Notes under the pieces: model-generated
The model's input: the letters and a program-made list of their open reading frames with translations, nothing else
The model's database searches: none
Told to the model about the DNA's origin: nothing
Assembly: GCA_000934665.2 (NCBI GenBank)
Contig: JYFJ02002703.1
Coordinates: 1 to 52,300 of the forward strand
Reading direction: 5' to 3'
DNA from: Catajapyx aquilonaris
Lineage: Eukaryota
DNA length: 52,300 nucleotides
Shown here: positions 11,714-25,124 of the stretch, piece by piece
How positions within the stretch are numbered: position 1 is the first letter of the stretch
How the letters are laid out: every line of letters begins with the position of its first letter
Made by a program: the position numbers and the translations under genes

Positions 11714-12152
11714 TTATACCTCACTTAAATTGGCATGCCGATATAAAACGAGGTCGACCAGTATGCCTGTATAACCCGGGGGTGGCCGGCATATGGCAAT
11801 AACCGAGGTAGATTTCTATAATTTTGATCCTTGAAATTTCTTTGGAATGCATCTTAAAAACTCGAAATTAGAGTACAACCGGCCAACTATTAGGCTGATT
11901 TAATTATAAAATACGCTAAAATGTACGGAACAGCGCAACCTTGAGAATCGTACCAGACGAATTTTCTGAAATCGTCGTATACTTTGCGAGTATTAATTTG
12001 AAATAATTAATACTTATTTGCGGATTTTTGACACTTCGCGAGAAACAAATCAATTTGGGAGTTTTCCGAAGTGTCAAAAATCCGCAAATAAGTATTAATT
12101 TATTTCTGGTCGACCTCGACTACACCTGCATGCTGCTTTAATTGAGGTAATA
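11714..12152. mobile_element. MITE-like element with ~45-bp degenerate inverted ends and an internal perfect hairpin
   Basis: TACCTCACTTAAA...CGAGGTCGACCAG mirrored by CTGGTCGACCTCG...TTTAATTGAGGTA; 34-bp perfect stem 12005-12038/12067-12100. Confidence 0.55.
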
Positions 12153-12764
12153 ACTTACGTATAACAACTGAAGAGGTTTAAATCCTGCGAGGGCCCGCTC
12201 ACCCAGGAGAAAGGGTCCCGGCTGAACCTGACATAATTATAATCGTGTTACAATAGTACGGTATAAAATAAAATTAGAAAATTTTGGGGACTTCTAGAGG
12301 TCACTATATACCAGCTTCAGAAGGAAGGGAAAATGCTGTCAGGTATAGTTTGTTGCTTATCGCCTGAGAGCCATCACCCACATAAACCTTGGAGGCCACT
12401 AGACACTACAGTTACCTGTACCGTGTGTTTCATGTGGTAGAGCACATTGATTTCGTATCGATAAAAATCTCGCGGATGCTAATTTTCACTTGCCCTGTGA
12501 CCTCACCTTTACGTTTATAGTGGAATCAATACATAGCCTACTGTTGGAACACCCATTAAAATTGCTTTCCAACGATGCATGTAACTCGTCAAATGAATGT
12601 GAGGCAAAAGGAGCGTAACTTAGGCGAAATTTTTTCCGATATGCGGATGTGACTTGACATATGAAACAAGTGGTATAAACTTTGTAGTTACCTCTGGCTG
12701 CCTCCAATGGCAGACATACGTCATTTAAAATATCCACCGCTTTATTCTTTGACTACGATGTGAT

Positions 12765-12920
12765 GGATTTTGATTGTGAAAGGAAACTGGAGAACCCCGA
12801 GAAAACCCACATGAACACTGAACTCTTTACGTGAAACTCATTCATGCGATCCGGGCATCAAACTTGGGACCTCAAAGGCGAAAGGTTGTGACACTAACCA
12901 TTGCACCACCGTTCTGTCCC
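12765..12920 (-). mobile_element. tRNA-derived SINE fragment with V/Meta-SINE-like central domain
   Basis: Minus strand: A box TGGTGCAATGG, degenerate B box AGTTTGATGCC, then GTGGGTTTTCTCGGGGTTCTCCAGTTTCCTTTCAC. Confidence 0.7.
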
Positions 12921-12923
12921 TGA

Positions 12924-12998
<75 letters not shown>
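12924..12998. repeat. (AAT)25 microsatellite
   Basis: Perfect trinucleotide run. Confidence 0.98.
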
Positions 12999-15900
12999 CT
13001 GAAAACTTTCCGTAAGAGTGGTTTGACACAGAAGTCCTGATTGGCAGCAATCATAATGAGCGGAGAAGAGCCTGTAAAGTAGATGTTTGTTTACCTTGGA
13101 AGCTCCATGTGTGTGGGCCAATGAAGCCGCGGATCTGGCCCAAAAAATCCCTGCCTGAATATTTTGCGGGTCTTGGATGTGACGCCTCAAAGACACCGCT
13201 CACCCTCATAAAATGTATATGTACAATATAACCCCTGACCCACCGGCTTCTTCCAAAAGGGGACAATCACGGGGGGTTCCCTATCATTTTATAAGAAAGC
13301 ACACGAGTTCTCGAGCCGAAAAAAGTGTGTGTCAGAGGAAAAAAAAAAACGGTTTTCAAAGCTGGACGGAAGTTGGGCAGAGGGATTAGGTCGGGACCAA
13401 ATGAGCCATAACCGTAGGCCTCTTCTTTCTTCGGCCCTTGCAAGACGACCCTTCCAGTAAACAGTCCAAATGACGCAGAACGGTGCAAATCTATCCGTAT
13501 TTCACCCCAAAATTGGGACGCCTATTAGTTAGATGGGCTGGGGCCATGTGGGTCCTTTGTCAGTCACTAAGATAGATTTTTCTTATGTCTCTCGAACCTT
13601 GTTATGCACTGTGGGGTCGTACTGAGTTGCCATCATAAGCACATTGGCTCAGTATGAGGTCATTAGGAAGGGATCCCATAACAGTATATGTTTGTGGTGC
13701 TTAGATCCCAAGGGACAAGTCGAGTTGACACGTGTTTGGTTGTATTTGATTTTTGGTGTGTTGTAGGGACAGTGGCAGGTCACCCACTTGAGAGGAGGGC
13801 ATTTTCCAAACCCTTAGAAAAATACCAAAGCTTTTCCCGAAAACCTTATCCCCTCGGAGGTCAAATTGGCCGCAAGATTTCTTTCCGCAGCTGCTTTTCT
13901 GTCGTGGCCCGTGACAACCTACCTCGGGCCTGCTTGATTTACACTCCTACACCCTACCCTGACCATGGTCACTGGTCAGTGTCTGGTAGGATGGACCCCA
14001 ATTATGGCAGGCTTCCGACGCGTTCAGGAAGTTATAAATAATTTTTTCTCCCAATGCCACTGAAGTGAAAATTGTTGGTCTGTAGGCTCATTATTATAAT
14101 TATAATTATAATTATAATTATTATTATTAATTTAAATTAATTACACTTGCACTGTGTAAGTATAGGATATAGGATTTGGTATTGGGTGACCCGTGATACC
14201 CATAAGATAAGTTGACTTGTGGGATTTTATGGTATAGTTTGTGGCTTGTTTCGTAATTTGTAAGCCCTTCTTTTTATCACTGACTTGTGAGTGCCTCTTG
14301 AGGAAATGCGATACTAACATTTGCTAATATAGAAAATTACAGAAATTTAGTGCCACTACTTACGTTCAGTGGTTCAGAAGATGCACATCACTAGCCAAGG
14401 AATCTTACCACCAGAGTAGTTATCCGTGAGCAATGATGTGTGCACCGTACAGTTGAGCCGGAGCCTGACGAACGACTAACACGGAATTCTGTGTAGAAAA
14501 TTCCACATGCCATACTAAACGGCAGTTGCCAAAATTTTCCCTTCAAAAAATGTTTCTCGGTCAGCTGGTAGACTATAATGTTGGAAGGCCCCAAAGTTCC
14601 GAGTTTGACACGACACATGCGGTTGTCTACTTCAGACCCAGAAATAGCCGTTCACAAACACCGCTACAAGCAGGAAACAAGTTAAACTATAATTATGCAT
14701 ACAATCTTCAGATCGACATGTCTGCTGTCATTACAGCAGTAGTTGTCATGATCGTGTGAACTTATAGTGTATGCCCCTTTTTTGTATGAATGATTAAACT
14801 GGGGTGTTTTATGTCATTCCCTAATTTAGACGACATTTTACATTATTACGATTTAATGAATGAATGTCTTGAGGTTGAGATAGGTATCCGGTGGCTATGG
14901 GATTGGTGGAGGAAGCTTCTGGTAGGAGGGCCTGTTGAATAGGGATTGGCTCCGCCCTGGTCCGTTTGGGGATGCTGCCAGGGGAGTCTTGCCTGCATCA
15001 TCCGGCTGCCAGCCCAAAAAGAAGACAACCGGCACGAGGAAATCAAAGAGCACAAGGTGTGACCGGCTGCTTCTTCATCTACAGGTGAGACTCCTCTCTC
15101 TCCACCCCCCCACCCAACAGTCCAACCCCCCCAAACTTTTTTCCACCCACTATATAGACCAGCCTCCGCACTTGCAGCTATTTCTGAGGCACCGCAATAT
15201 GTGTGCACATGCGGGACACAAATTTTGGTTGGCCCGGTGACACGTGTGGGACACTTGATTTGCGAAGTTTGGTGCACAGCATGTTGTCTAAGTTGCCAAT
15301 TCGGGGAAGTTGGGGCAGCACGTGGTAAAACTGAGGCACGATTATGGTGACACATTATGTGGTCTTAAGAGCGATGTGTGACAGATATGTTTCAAGTGCT
15401 TGTGGCGAAGACTAAGATTTTTGATTGAAGTAAGGGAAGTCAGGCAATAGATTGACGAAATAGTTTGGGATAGGGAAAATGCTTATTATTTTTTACATCG
15501 CAGCCGAAAGTGGTTACTGCTAACTGCTATTGACATATTAGCGATATTAATTGTGCATTAAATGATTTCCAAGTTTGAAATACTTTCACGTGTAAATTGA
15601 ATGTAATTAGCTTTGAAAGTGCAGTAATTCCAGCGCAGAGTGTTTTTGTGTTTCCGGATGAGACATGAAACACACTGTTTTCGTTTGCACTCCCATAACC
15701 AAAATTGTAGCTATGGCACCTAAACAGTTATAGACTCTATGTAATGCTCGTATCTGCAAATCTTACATCCACATGTTGACCTCGAATTACCTATTAGGCA
15801 TAACGGTAAGTATTGTTTAGTATAACGTCCACAAGCAAAACAAAATAATGTATACCCGGTATCTCTCATGCCACATAAAAATAATAAGCTTGAACAATTA

Positions 15901-16035
15901 TATTGCTGTCATATAAAAGCATGAACAATGTGCACACCGATAATTTTAGATAATAGTGCATTGTTACAAACTTGAGTGATACTGCATGTTTTGACTTAAT
16001 CAACATAAGCTGTTGTCATTTATTTATACCTCATA

Positions 16036-16074
16036 TTAGTGCTGAACCCCGCGATTGCGACAAGCGCAGGGGTT
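16036..16074 (-). mobile_element. Possible Helitron 3' terminus
   Basis: Minus strand: GC-rich hairpin AACCCCTGCG..CGCGGGGTT followed shortly by CTAA|T (CTRR-T); no 5' end identified. Confidence 0.3.
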
Positions 16075-17510
16075 GATATTACAGCATGCGTTACTTGGCT
16101 TGCCTGATAAATGTGTGGGGAAGTATCTGAATAAAATTCGATACGAGTAAAATGTAAATAACATTATAATTATACTGATAATACCTCGTTGTATTCTGGT
16201 CTGTTGGAGTGTCACGGCAGGATAAAAATGATATAGGCTTGCTGTTAATAATTTTTCGTGCGACTCTCACGTTAGTACAAAATGCAGATTGGCTTTTGTG
16301 TCAGTTCCATCAAATTAAGTTTAATTTAAGCGGTAAGAGACAGAACTATATGTAGGAGTAGTTGCGTCAAGTAAGTAGTGTTGAGCTGATATATTGAGCA
16401 ATCAGGTATACACTTTGTCGTGTAAGCAGGCATGATCACAAGTAGGCTGCAAGACTTCCTTACAGAAGATGGTTACGCGTAATCACGAGTTACCATGAAC
16501 AGGTGTACGCTTCACAGCGGAGTGGCCAACCCCTCGAGTGTGTCATTGAACCACAATGACTTCTCGATATCTGCCAGGTATCTGACGCTTTCTAATATTA
16601 TATTGGCCTGTAGGGAGGCCTAACTTTTTGATGATGGCATAGGAACTGCAGGCCTCGAGTCTGCACACTTTATGACAAACCGCAGTAGGCCCTCTCAGAG
16701 AAATAAATTATATTTCAGTAAAAAAGTTATCACGTCATGACCTTCATTATAATAACAGCCTACTGCATACCAGCTCCGCCTGAATCCACTTAATACTTTT
16801 TTCGGTAACTACAAACTGAAACTAACTTGAAAAGGTTAGACCTAAGTTATGTGCAAGATGCACTCTCTCGGATGCACTTGTATATGAAAAGCTTCGTAGT
16901 GGCAGTCAGTGTTTTACTTTTCATTTGTTGTAACCTGCAGGTTATTAATTATTTTAAAACACGGGATGAAAATGTGTGTAAAATTATTAAGCCTGTTCTA
17001 AAATACATGGTATTTCAAAATAGACTGATGTGATGATCACTTGTCAGTGTCTGATATCAAATTTTGCTAATGTATAGTGGTTCTGTATAAAGTTCTGCAA
17101 CCTACATGTGACGATGTGAGACAGAAGAATGTAGCGCACCCTTGAGACACAAATAGCACTACGAAGCAATCCCTTTTTTGTTACTACAGTAAATCGGTAG
17201 TTAATGCCCATAGATGGTGAATGTTCCGAGTGGTGATGTAATGAAGGCAAATCGTTGGAAACAATTCACTTGCCAAGACTGTACTTGTATAGTTTCTCTT
17301 GAGGTCTTGACACTACTTGTTGCCCTTCAATATAGGTCATAGCAGAGCTAGCCCACTGTTAGGTCTCTTCCACACTTTGTGACAATATAGCCGAGGATTT
17401 GTCTTCTAGTGAGAGAGAGAGCTGTCAAACCGTTTCGGCAGTCTCTGCCAACGACATTATACCGTCAGTGGAAAACTTAACAGAAGCTGTTCACATTTGA
17501 AATAACTAGT

Positions 17511-17611
17511 GGTGGAATTTTTGTCTCACTACTTGTTACTGCTAACTTAACCAGTTTTGGCACTGGTATTGCTAAGTTAGCAGTAACTACCAGTGGGACG
17601 AAAATTCCACC
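17511..17611. mobile_element. Small palindromic MITE (~100 bp)
   Basis: GGTGGAATTTTTGTCTCACT..GTTACTGCTAACTTA / TAAGTTAGCAGTAAC..AGTGGGACGAAAATTCCACC. Confidence 0.6.
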
Positions 17612-17911
17612 CTATATAGGACAATGAAACTGACCATTCTTTAACTTAATCCCACCGTAGACCGCATTTTTAGTCCTTTCTTGAAGACTTAACGTACATC
17701 TTTGACAAAAGCAAAAATTAATTAATTATTGAGACTTTATTAGCACATAATATGGAAGAGCGAATCTACAATTCAAAACTTCAAATGCCAGTTTATTGAT
17801 ATAATAGCAGGTTCAGGAGAGCAATTTTAAATAATTTCAACCTCCAACATACAGTATACTATATTGGTTTCAGGACAACAAAATTGGTTCCCACAGAGGT
17901 TTCAGATTGTG

Positions 17912-17970
17912 TGACATTGCCATATGATGTCATCATTAATAATTAATGATGACATCATATGGCAATGTCA
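17912..17970. repeat. Perfect palindrome, 29-bp arms, 1-nt spacer
   Basis: TGACATTGCCATATGATGTCATCATTAAT-A-ATTAATGATGACATCATATGGCAATGTCA. Confidence 0.95.
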
Positions 17971-18022
17971 ATTCTATTATCTAAAATCTAAATCTAAATC
18001 AATCGTGCGAACTTTGAGATGT

Positions 18023-18095
18023 CGCAAACGATGCGTTATTCGCAAGACACCTGACAATAATTGTCAGGTGTCTTGCGAATAACGCATCGTTTGCG
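18023..18095. repeat. Perfect palindrome, 36-bp arms, 1-nt spacer
   Basis: CGCAAACGATGCGTTATTCGCAAGACACCTGACAAT-A-ATTGTCAGGTGTCTTGCGAATAACGCATCGTTTGCG. Confidence 0.95.
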
Positions 18096-20379
18096 GATAT
18101 CCGTTTGCCAAATCCCATGTTATTCGTGGCATAAGCAAATAATTTGATTTTAGGACTATTCATGAAGTTGGCTTTTGACTACACCATGATTGGCATCACA
18201 GCGTTACATAATGCAGTTAGATAAACAGGCTATGGCATGGGGGAGAGTGAATCAGATCATGATTAGCGGCATCTAAATATTGTTACGAGTATTCTTAAGA
18301 GAAAATGCTTTAGTTAACATAGAAGTTTTGTACTCTATTATTCTTGTCGGGGAATGATGTGAGGTTCTCGAATCCGGCTAACAAGTAGGCCTATTATGTA
18401 AGTATTTTATGTTGTTTTATTTTTATTTTCTCCATGTGGACGGGGAAATTCATATCAATTACTGCATTTCAGAAGTAAAAATAATATCGTTTGATCTTAA
18501 AATTTGTTGAAATAATTTTTCCAAGATATTATCATAATTATCCACTTGACAGCATCAAGTGACTTTCACATGATATGTCTAAAAAGTATTTGGCAGGCGA
18601 GAATAAATGCATCCCTGACCAAGATACGAGGGAATATGTTGGGCAGGCTTTTCACATGCTCACAAGATCTGTCATCATTGTTCAGAGTAATGCTTTGATA
18701 GATATGGTCTTTGTGCGCAGTGGTGACTAAAGATTAGCGCCATCATGATGTGGCTGTGTGGAATTTTGTGGGAATATTGTTAAAGAACACATGGCAAAAC
18801 TTTTGGAATTATGTAATGCTTCTTAATAGCAGGGAAAACTGAATTGTCGGCAGTGCTGTGGGATGAATCGAATCACATAATTATCACTTAGGCCTATAGC
18901 TAATACTGTAGAACAAAATATTCTTGAATATGTTTATTATTGAGGGACACGAGATAACTACTGCCAGGAGGACTTGATGAAGGTGTTTCGATGTTATTTT
19001 CGTTTCATTACACACTTTTATACTGCATGTTTTGAATTCTCCGGTTTATTTTCAGAGCAAAACACAATAACTAGTCCAAATATACACAGAAAACTTTTTG
19101 ACCCAACAAAATGTGTCATTTTTTGCCCAAACCAGCACACTAAAACGTGTCATCTCAAATACAACACGAAAATACGAATCGGATGGCACTATACCGCAGA
19201 AGTCCCACATGTGTGCCCTGTGACACACACATATATGTCATCCTTCCACAAGTGTGTCACTTGACACGTTTTGGCATGTCTTTGCAGAGAACAGGATTAG
19301 GATATGTATAGTATGTCATGTGAAATGGCGCACAGTTTTGTGTCATTTGACAAAAAACGCCTTGAAGAAATTTCCTGACACGTTTTTGTGTGTCAGATAA
19401 CATGTATTATGTGTCGAAAGTGTGCCACCGTTTGGTGTGTAAGAGCTGATGTGATTGCAAATCTGCCAGATTTTTGGCATATTGGAACGTTGTAGTAAAT
19501 GTAGTAACCTACATAAAATTTAAATAACAGTTTATTTGTCTTTCAATGCAAGTTCAGAAACAATCCTTCCTTTCAAGTGACGTTTTTATAATTGCACAAA
19601 TATTTTTGTTCGTTGGATTAAAATGCACCAAACTCTCCCCATTCGGAGAAAACAATCTCTTGGGGACTATACGCAAATTATAATACCGAGAGACAATACT
19701 TTATGTACATGGCACTTCACGCGGTTGACAGAAATGTTGTTGGATAGTATTTATTGGGTTTGCTTTGTTCTGTAAAGTAAGAACTTTTCTGTCATGACGA
19801 TACATTTTAAAGCGTGCAATAATTTAGTGAGGTACCGGTACTTGATTTTTTCTGCAGGATAAAGGATTGCCACATAATTATGCTTGTCATATACCTGTCA
19901 CTGCTGCGTTAGAGAATGTCCGTTTGTCTTTCATGAAAGGCACACAAGGTAGCAGACCTTAGTACTTAATGGCGTTACGAATTTTATTAACGATGCCACT
20001 CCGGGAATCATATCCTTATTTTGAATTTTTCTGTAAAATCACAAGTTCGGGTACGTAATTCCAAATGATTATAATGTACGAGAAATAATATTACAGCCGC
20101 ACCCTGCTGTATGTCGCGTTGCTTGTACCGCACCACAAGAAATACCAAGAAGAAAATAATGTTTATTATTAAGCAGCTTATGTGCAAAGCAATAGCTGTC
20201 GTGTTCCTTCACCTTATTGAAACTCAGCTAAATAGCGGTCAACTAACCGCTGTCAAACGGCTTGCTTATTTGGCAAAACCTAACGTTAGTTATTCTGAAC
20301 AAGCCACAGTACTTGAACACGCATAAGACAATATTTTGATAATAGCACTTATAACAATTCTCATTGATTGTACAGACTG

Positions 20380-20667
20380 ATGCCGCGCAAGAGGAAGGAA
20401 AGCGGGAGCGGAAGCAGCAGCGGGAAGGAAAAGCCCGGCCAGCGCAACGCAGCCAACGCGCGAGAGCGTGCGCGAATGCGCGTCCTGAGTAAGGCTTTCT
20501 GCCGACTCAAGACCACCCTTCCTTGGGTCCCAGCTGACACCAAACTGTCCAAATTGGACACCCTTCGTCTGGCCACCTCCTACATCGCCCACCTGAGAAC
20601 CATCCTGACCGAGGAGGCCGCTGCGACACCCTCCGATGCCACCCCAAGCATCCATCCACTCAATCTG
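20380..20667 (+). CDS. MyoR: MyoR/musculin/TCF21-family bHLH transcription factor, bHLH exon
   Basis: [56 protein letters not shown] is near-identical to the recalled TCF21/MSC bHLH. Exon ends IHPLNL before a GTCAGT donor at 20668. An acceptor (TTGTACAG, ending 20375) precedes the ATG. Confidence 0.92.
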
Positions 20668-23300
20668 GTCAGTACACCCGGTTTGCTGGTTGGCAAAAGA
20701 CAACCGAGCACACTCATTAGGAATGTGGCAAAACTCAGTCCCTTCCCACAACTTCCACTCCGGCCCCCCTCTAATTTGCCCGCTAACTGGGTGCTGACAG
20801 GCCGCCGCTGAGACATGAGACCCATCTGTTTCGAAGTTCTGCCAAATTGCCCGTGCCACAGGGTTGATCACCTCTTCTCGTCATTTACAGCTGTGCTTGT
20901 GTACTGCTTCGGATGTTCAAAATGTATTGTTCGTCATTGTTTATTAAATGGTACTACAATTATGGTCAAGTTGTATATGGAGCAAGGGGGTAACCACTTT
21001 GGTACTCCGGTGTACACCTGCAAGTGGTACTCCAGTGTACTCTTTTCAGTCGAGTGGTTACCCCCTTGATAGGGAGCTATAGGAGAGGTTTTTTTTGCAA
21101 ACATTGAGCAAGCAGTGCGGTTTTTGTGTGGAAGAGGACATCAGCCCAGTAAGAACAAAAAAGTTATTGTAAGCTAGTGATGGTGTGCGGAGTTGGCGCA
21201 ACACCATCTGTTTACAGTAGTGTTTCTTGTTTTGTTTGATGGTATAGGCTACAGAGGTCCGCAGGAGCTTTGAGTCATCCTTCTTGATTGTGGTGACAGT
21301 CAAAATGTTGTCAGCAGCAGGCTTGTGATTGGCTCTCGCTCATATTACGTGTCCATAACTCCATATGATGTAGCTGGGTGGATGACTAAAGCTTACGATG
21401 GTTTTTCTCGGTATAGTTTGCAATTTTATGGAGAATGTTGTTATGTTTAACTACCGCAAAAGTGATTGATTTCTCGCAGTTATTGTAAAATACCAGAAAT
21501 TATTCCGATTAAAATGGCATATTTTACTCAAATGCTACTGAATCAAAAGGCTGAATACAGTCTAGCAAAAATATAATAAATAAATAAAATAAAATTGCTC
21601 ATTGCTAGGCACGCTTAAATAAGACAATTAACTGCTAAATTAACTTAAACTGTAATCCCTATTTCTATTATACGTCGTACTTCACGAATCAAATTGAATT
21701 TTACGTTTAAGAATTTTACTAATGTCTCACCAAATATTAAAATGGCATTAGTTGAACATGCAGTCGAATATAATAGTCGTTTCGCTCTAGTGCCTGCAAT
21801 TTGGTACACGTAAAGTATCCGAGCTTGAGAGCCTCGAAAGGTCCCCACCGACAACTTCCGGACGATGAAACCAAAGCCGGTAGTGGGATGAGGTGCGGAA
21901 AAGGAGAGATCGAGGCAGCTTCCTTATTCCCTCTCCTAATATCCCGACAGGAAGCATCCCGAAAGGAGGAGAGACACAAGCCACCTGTCTAATGGCGGCA
22001 GGGCTCGCGTCCTCACTCGCGCTCCAGGAGGAAGGATTTAGAATCAGCAAAGTTAAGTCGGGCTTACAGGAAGAGGAAGTTGCTTGCCTACACCGGCTGG
22101 CTGCTCCTGGTCGATCATGGGACAGGATGCCCTTTCTTGTCGAGTCACAATATGATGAGGAAGGTCAGTTGGTGACCACACTTCGAAATCATAGGTGGCA
22201 TTTCAACCACTACTTTTGATAAGGCACCTCTTGAGTGTTGGTAAACATACGTGGGAGGTCAAGCTGGTGACCAGCTAATTTTAGGCGCTGTCATCTTCCA
22301 GGGCGCCATCATTGTCAACATACAGCTCTTGAGTTGAAAGCGTCTTGTACGCGTATAGGTAAAAATACTGATGCTCTCTATTTTGCAAGGATGTAAACCC
22401 AGCGGGACAAGATGGTGATCTAGAAGTGTTGTTTTTGCGGATCTGCGTGGGCAGTAAGCGCCAGTCAAAGGCATAGGGAAAAGTACACAAATTCTTTAGC
22501 GTGTAGTCTCAAGTTAAACACGGATGGCAAAAAGAGTGTGGGAAGTCGGGCAAATGTCTAGGTAGGAGATGGAAATGCAGTTGGTCCGGTGCCTTCCACA
22601 CGTCGCGGCCACCCAAATAAACAAGAAGCCATTTTGCGCGACAAGCAGCACTCGAGACAGGGTGGGGGGTTGCGGGGGAGGGTTTAGCACACGACTGTTT
22701 CCAGCTGCTTATGTTTACCTCTCGCCACTACAAAAGGGCCCCTACGGGTTTATTTGACTCCGCAGCGGATTTATTGCTGACATCAACAAAAAAAAAGTGA
22801 GCGATACGTTCCTCTGATGTAAACAATATGAATATGGCCATATCATGTCTGGTTGCTTACACAAAGCATGAAGTGGACACCTGCGTGAGTTACGTGTGTT
22901 AGAGCCTAAAAGGAGCAGAATGACACCTGATACTGCGACATCCTCAGCGCTTTTCTTTGAAGTCTCTCTCAACTATTTTTTTAATTATTTCTTTTTTGGA
23001 GAGGCACTGCTTCGGCGTGTCCTTAGGGCAGACACGTCGCAGTATCTTGGCTCCTTGGATTTTCTCAGCACTTGGGTGTTTATTTTGCACTTGCATTACA
23101 CTTGGGTCTGATTGGCGGCAAGGGAAAACATAGGTCGTCCTTAACACTGATCCATTTTGGTCCCCCCTCACCACTTGGTTACACAATATTCTGGGAACAT
23201 TTGATGAGGACAAGCTGTGGTTTGGTGTGATTTGTATTACTACAACCAACCGAGCAACCAACTGACAAAATTTTAATCAAGAGTCTTCTTGTTCCAGCAG

Positions 23301-23507
23301 ACGTGGCCATTTAGCTTCCAGAGAACCAGCGGAGGAGAATGGAGCAGCACGGTCCATCCACCATCACCTGACTCGTTGTCGGCCGACGAACAAAGCGACA
23401 CTATGATTGCTGACACCCAGCATCACCACCAAGGATATTCATTTGCACATCATAATTCAGCCTATTTGGATCCACCTTACCCAGAAGCCCTCATGCAGCT
23501 TAGCTAG
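23301..23507 (+). CDS. MyoR: MyoR last coding exon
   Basis: TTGTTCCAGCAG acceptor then TWPF, completing the family motif HP(V/L)NLTWPF across the intron. Open to TAG at 23507; protein 164 aa from ATG 20380. AATAAA at 24258. Confidence 0.88.
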   Translation, partial: TWPFSFQRTSGGEWSSTVHPPSPDSLSADEQSDTMIADTQHHHQGYSFAHHNSAYLDPPYPEALMQLS

Positions 23508-25124
23508 ATTAGATCTGTCCCATTTGTTTAGTCCGTCCTATACTTTCTACAGTTTCGTCTCTTTTCTTATTTTTACGTCCATGGCGTGCTATCCATCACA
23601 CCATCACATAATGTTGTCCTGAGTATGTACAGAGAATGCTCTTAATGTTGATTTTTATGGCTTCCTTATATACTGTGACGATAAGGTGGGCATGATAACT
23701 TGATGTGGCATAGAAGAATTGCAATTTTTGGATAAAACATAGGCAGAATTTAGCACCATTTTTTCACCACAGCATTTCCCAACGTCAGCAGGTAGCACCA
23801 AGAGAGTAGTAGTGCTGTATGTTGCTGTTACGAAGGAGATGACATGTGAAGATGCTTATACGATATTTTACATGACAGCAAAATGCGAGGTGTGAAGTAC
23901 AGAACTGCAGATCTCGTCCGTATTCTCTTATATTAATGAGTTTGCTGTGTTCGTGAGCACAGTCGTTACGTTGAGCATTCCTCTACCATCATTATTATAG
24001 GCATGGATCAGTTACATGCAATTTAGAAATGGGCAGGAAAAGTCGTTCCAGGATTCTTGCCACGCCCGACATTTTCTCTTGTATTTATTTATATCTTTGA
24101 AACAGCGCTGGGATACGAATGCGATACGTACACGAAGGTAGATTAGGTTACCTTGATCTTTTTGTTAGTGATCTTGGTAAGCGTAGCACTGTGCTTCACT
24201 GTCCATTCTCACTCTCCCAGAAAAAATACAAGGTATTGTAAATAACATGACAGTGCTAATAAAATGCGACAGTGCCTGACGATATGCATTTTTTTGTAGG
24301 TTATATTCATACCAACTCCAGAAAAAGTAGGAACAGGGCAGGACATGTCTTATGAACCATGTATTTTACATAACAATGTACATATGTAAATGTGATTTAT
24401 TATACAGAGTCAAAATGTGTGGTCATGTAGGATGAGTCGCCGATGCCTCCATGTCTGGTCATGCTATATAAATATACTGAAGGTAATTGACGTGTTTACC
24501 TAAAAATACTTCAGGGACCAGCTCGGTGCCTACTTTTATTTAACTTTAGATTACTTGCGACTGTTTACGCGCAAGTATAGGGATTGGGACTCAAAACATT
24601 GTCGCGGGGAGTTGACTTTCAGGTCTGTGCAATCCGTATATACGAGATTTTACCACCTTACAGGAAAAGAGAAGATTGAGCAAGGGCGAAAATCCAGCAG
24701 GGTGAGAAAATAGTGGAAGAACTTTAAACAATTTGAGCCAAAACGACTTGCATTTACTTTACTGATATCCCCCACTTGATATAAACCTGTAAGGGCCATC
24801 AATACAATAAGATGGTGATATTAATCATTCCGATTCCATGAAGAAGTGTACTTTAATTGCAATTACTTAAGTCCTTGGAATGTAATACTTTGGACTTGGG
24901 CCAAAGGGAGTACTTCGATACGATCACAGATGCTTTTAAACGTCTGTCTGAACTATAGGATGTTGTCATATATCATTCTGTTGGACAGAAATGTTCACAA
25001 ATTGTCCTGCAGCGACAGAATACAATGTCAGAATGCGAGTGAGAGCTGGAAAGAAATTGCACTGGATTTTTAAAATTTTATTCAGCAACATTGCGCGTCA
25101 TTCCTATAACCTAACTACTTGTAA

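Noticed and set aside
12838..13196. Poly-Tyr, poly-Leu and poly-Ile ORFs
   Set aside because: Translations of the (AAT)25 microsatellite and adjacent SINE.
20668..20811. C-terminal part of the 147-aa bHLH ORF
   Set aside because: Intron read-through; the conserved motif continues at TWPF (23301).
20290..20871. 193-aa minus-strand ORF
   Set aside because: Antisense to the GC-rich bHLH exon; no independent coding features.
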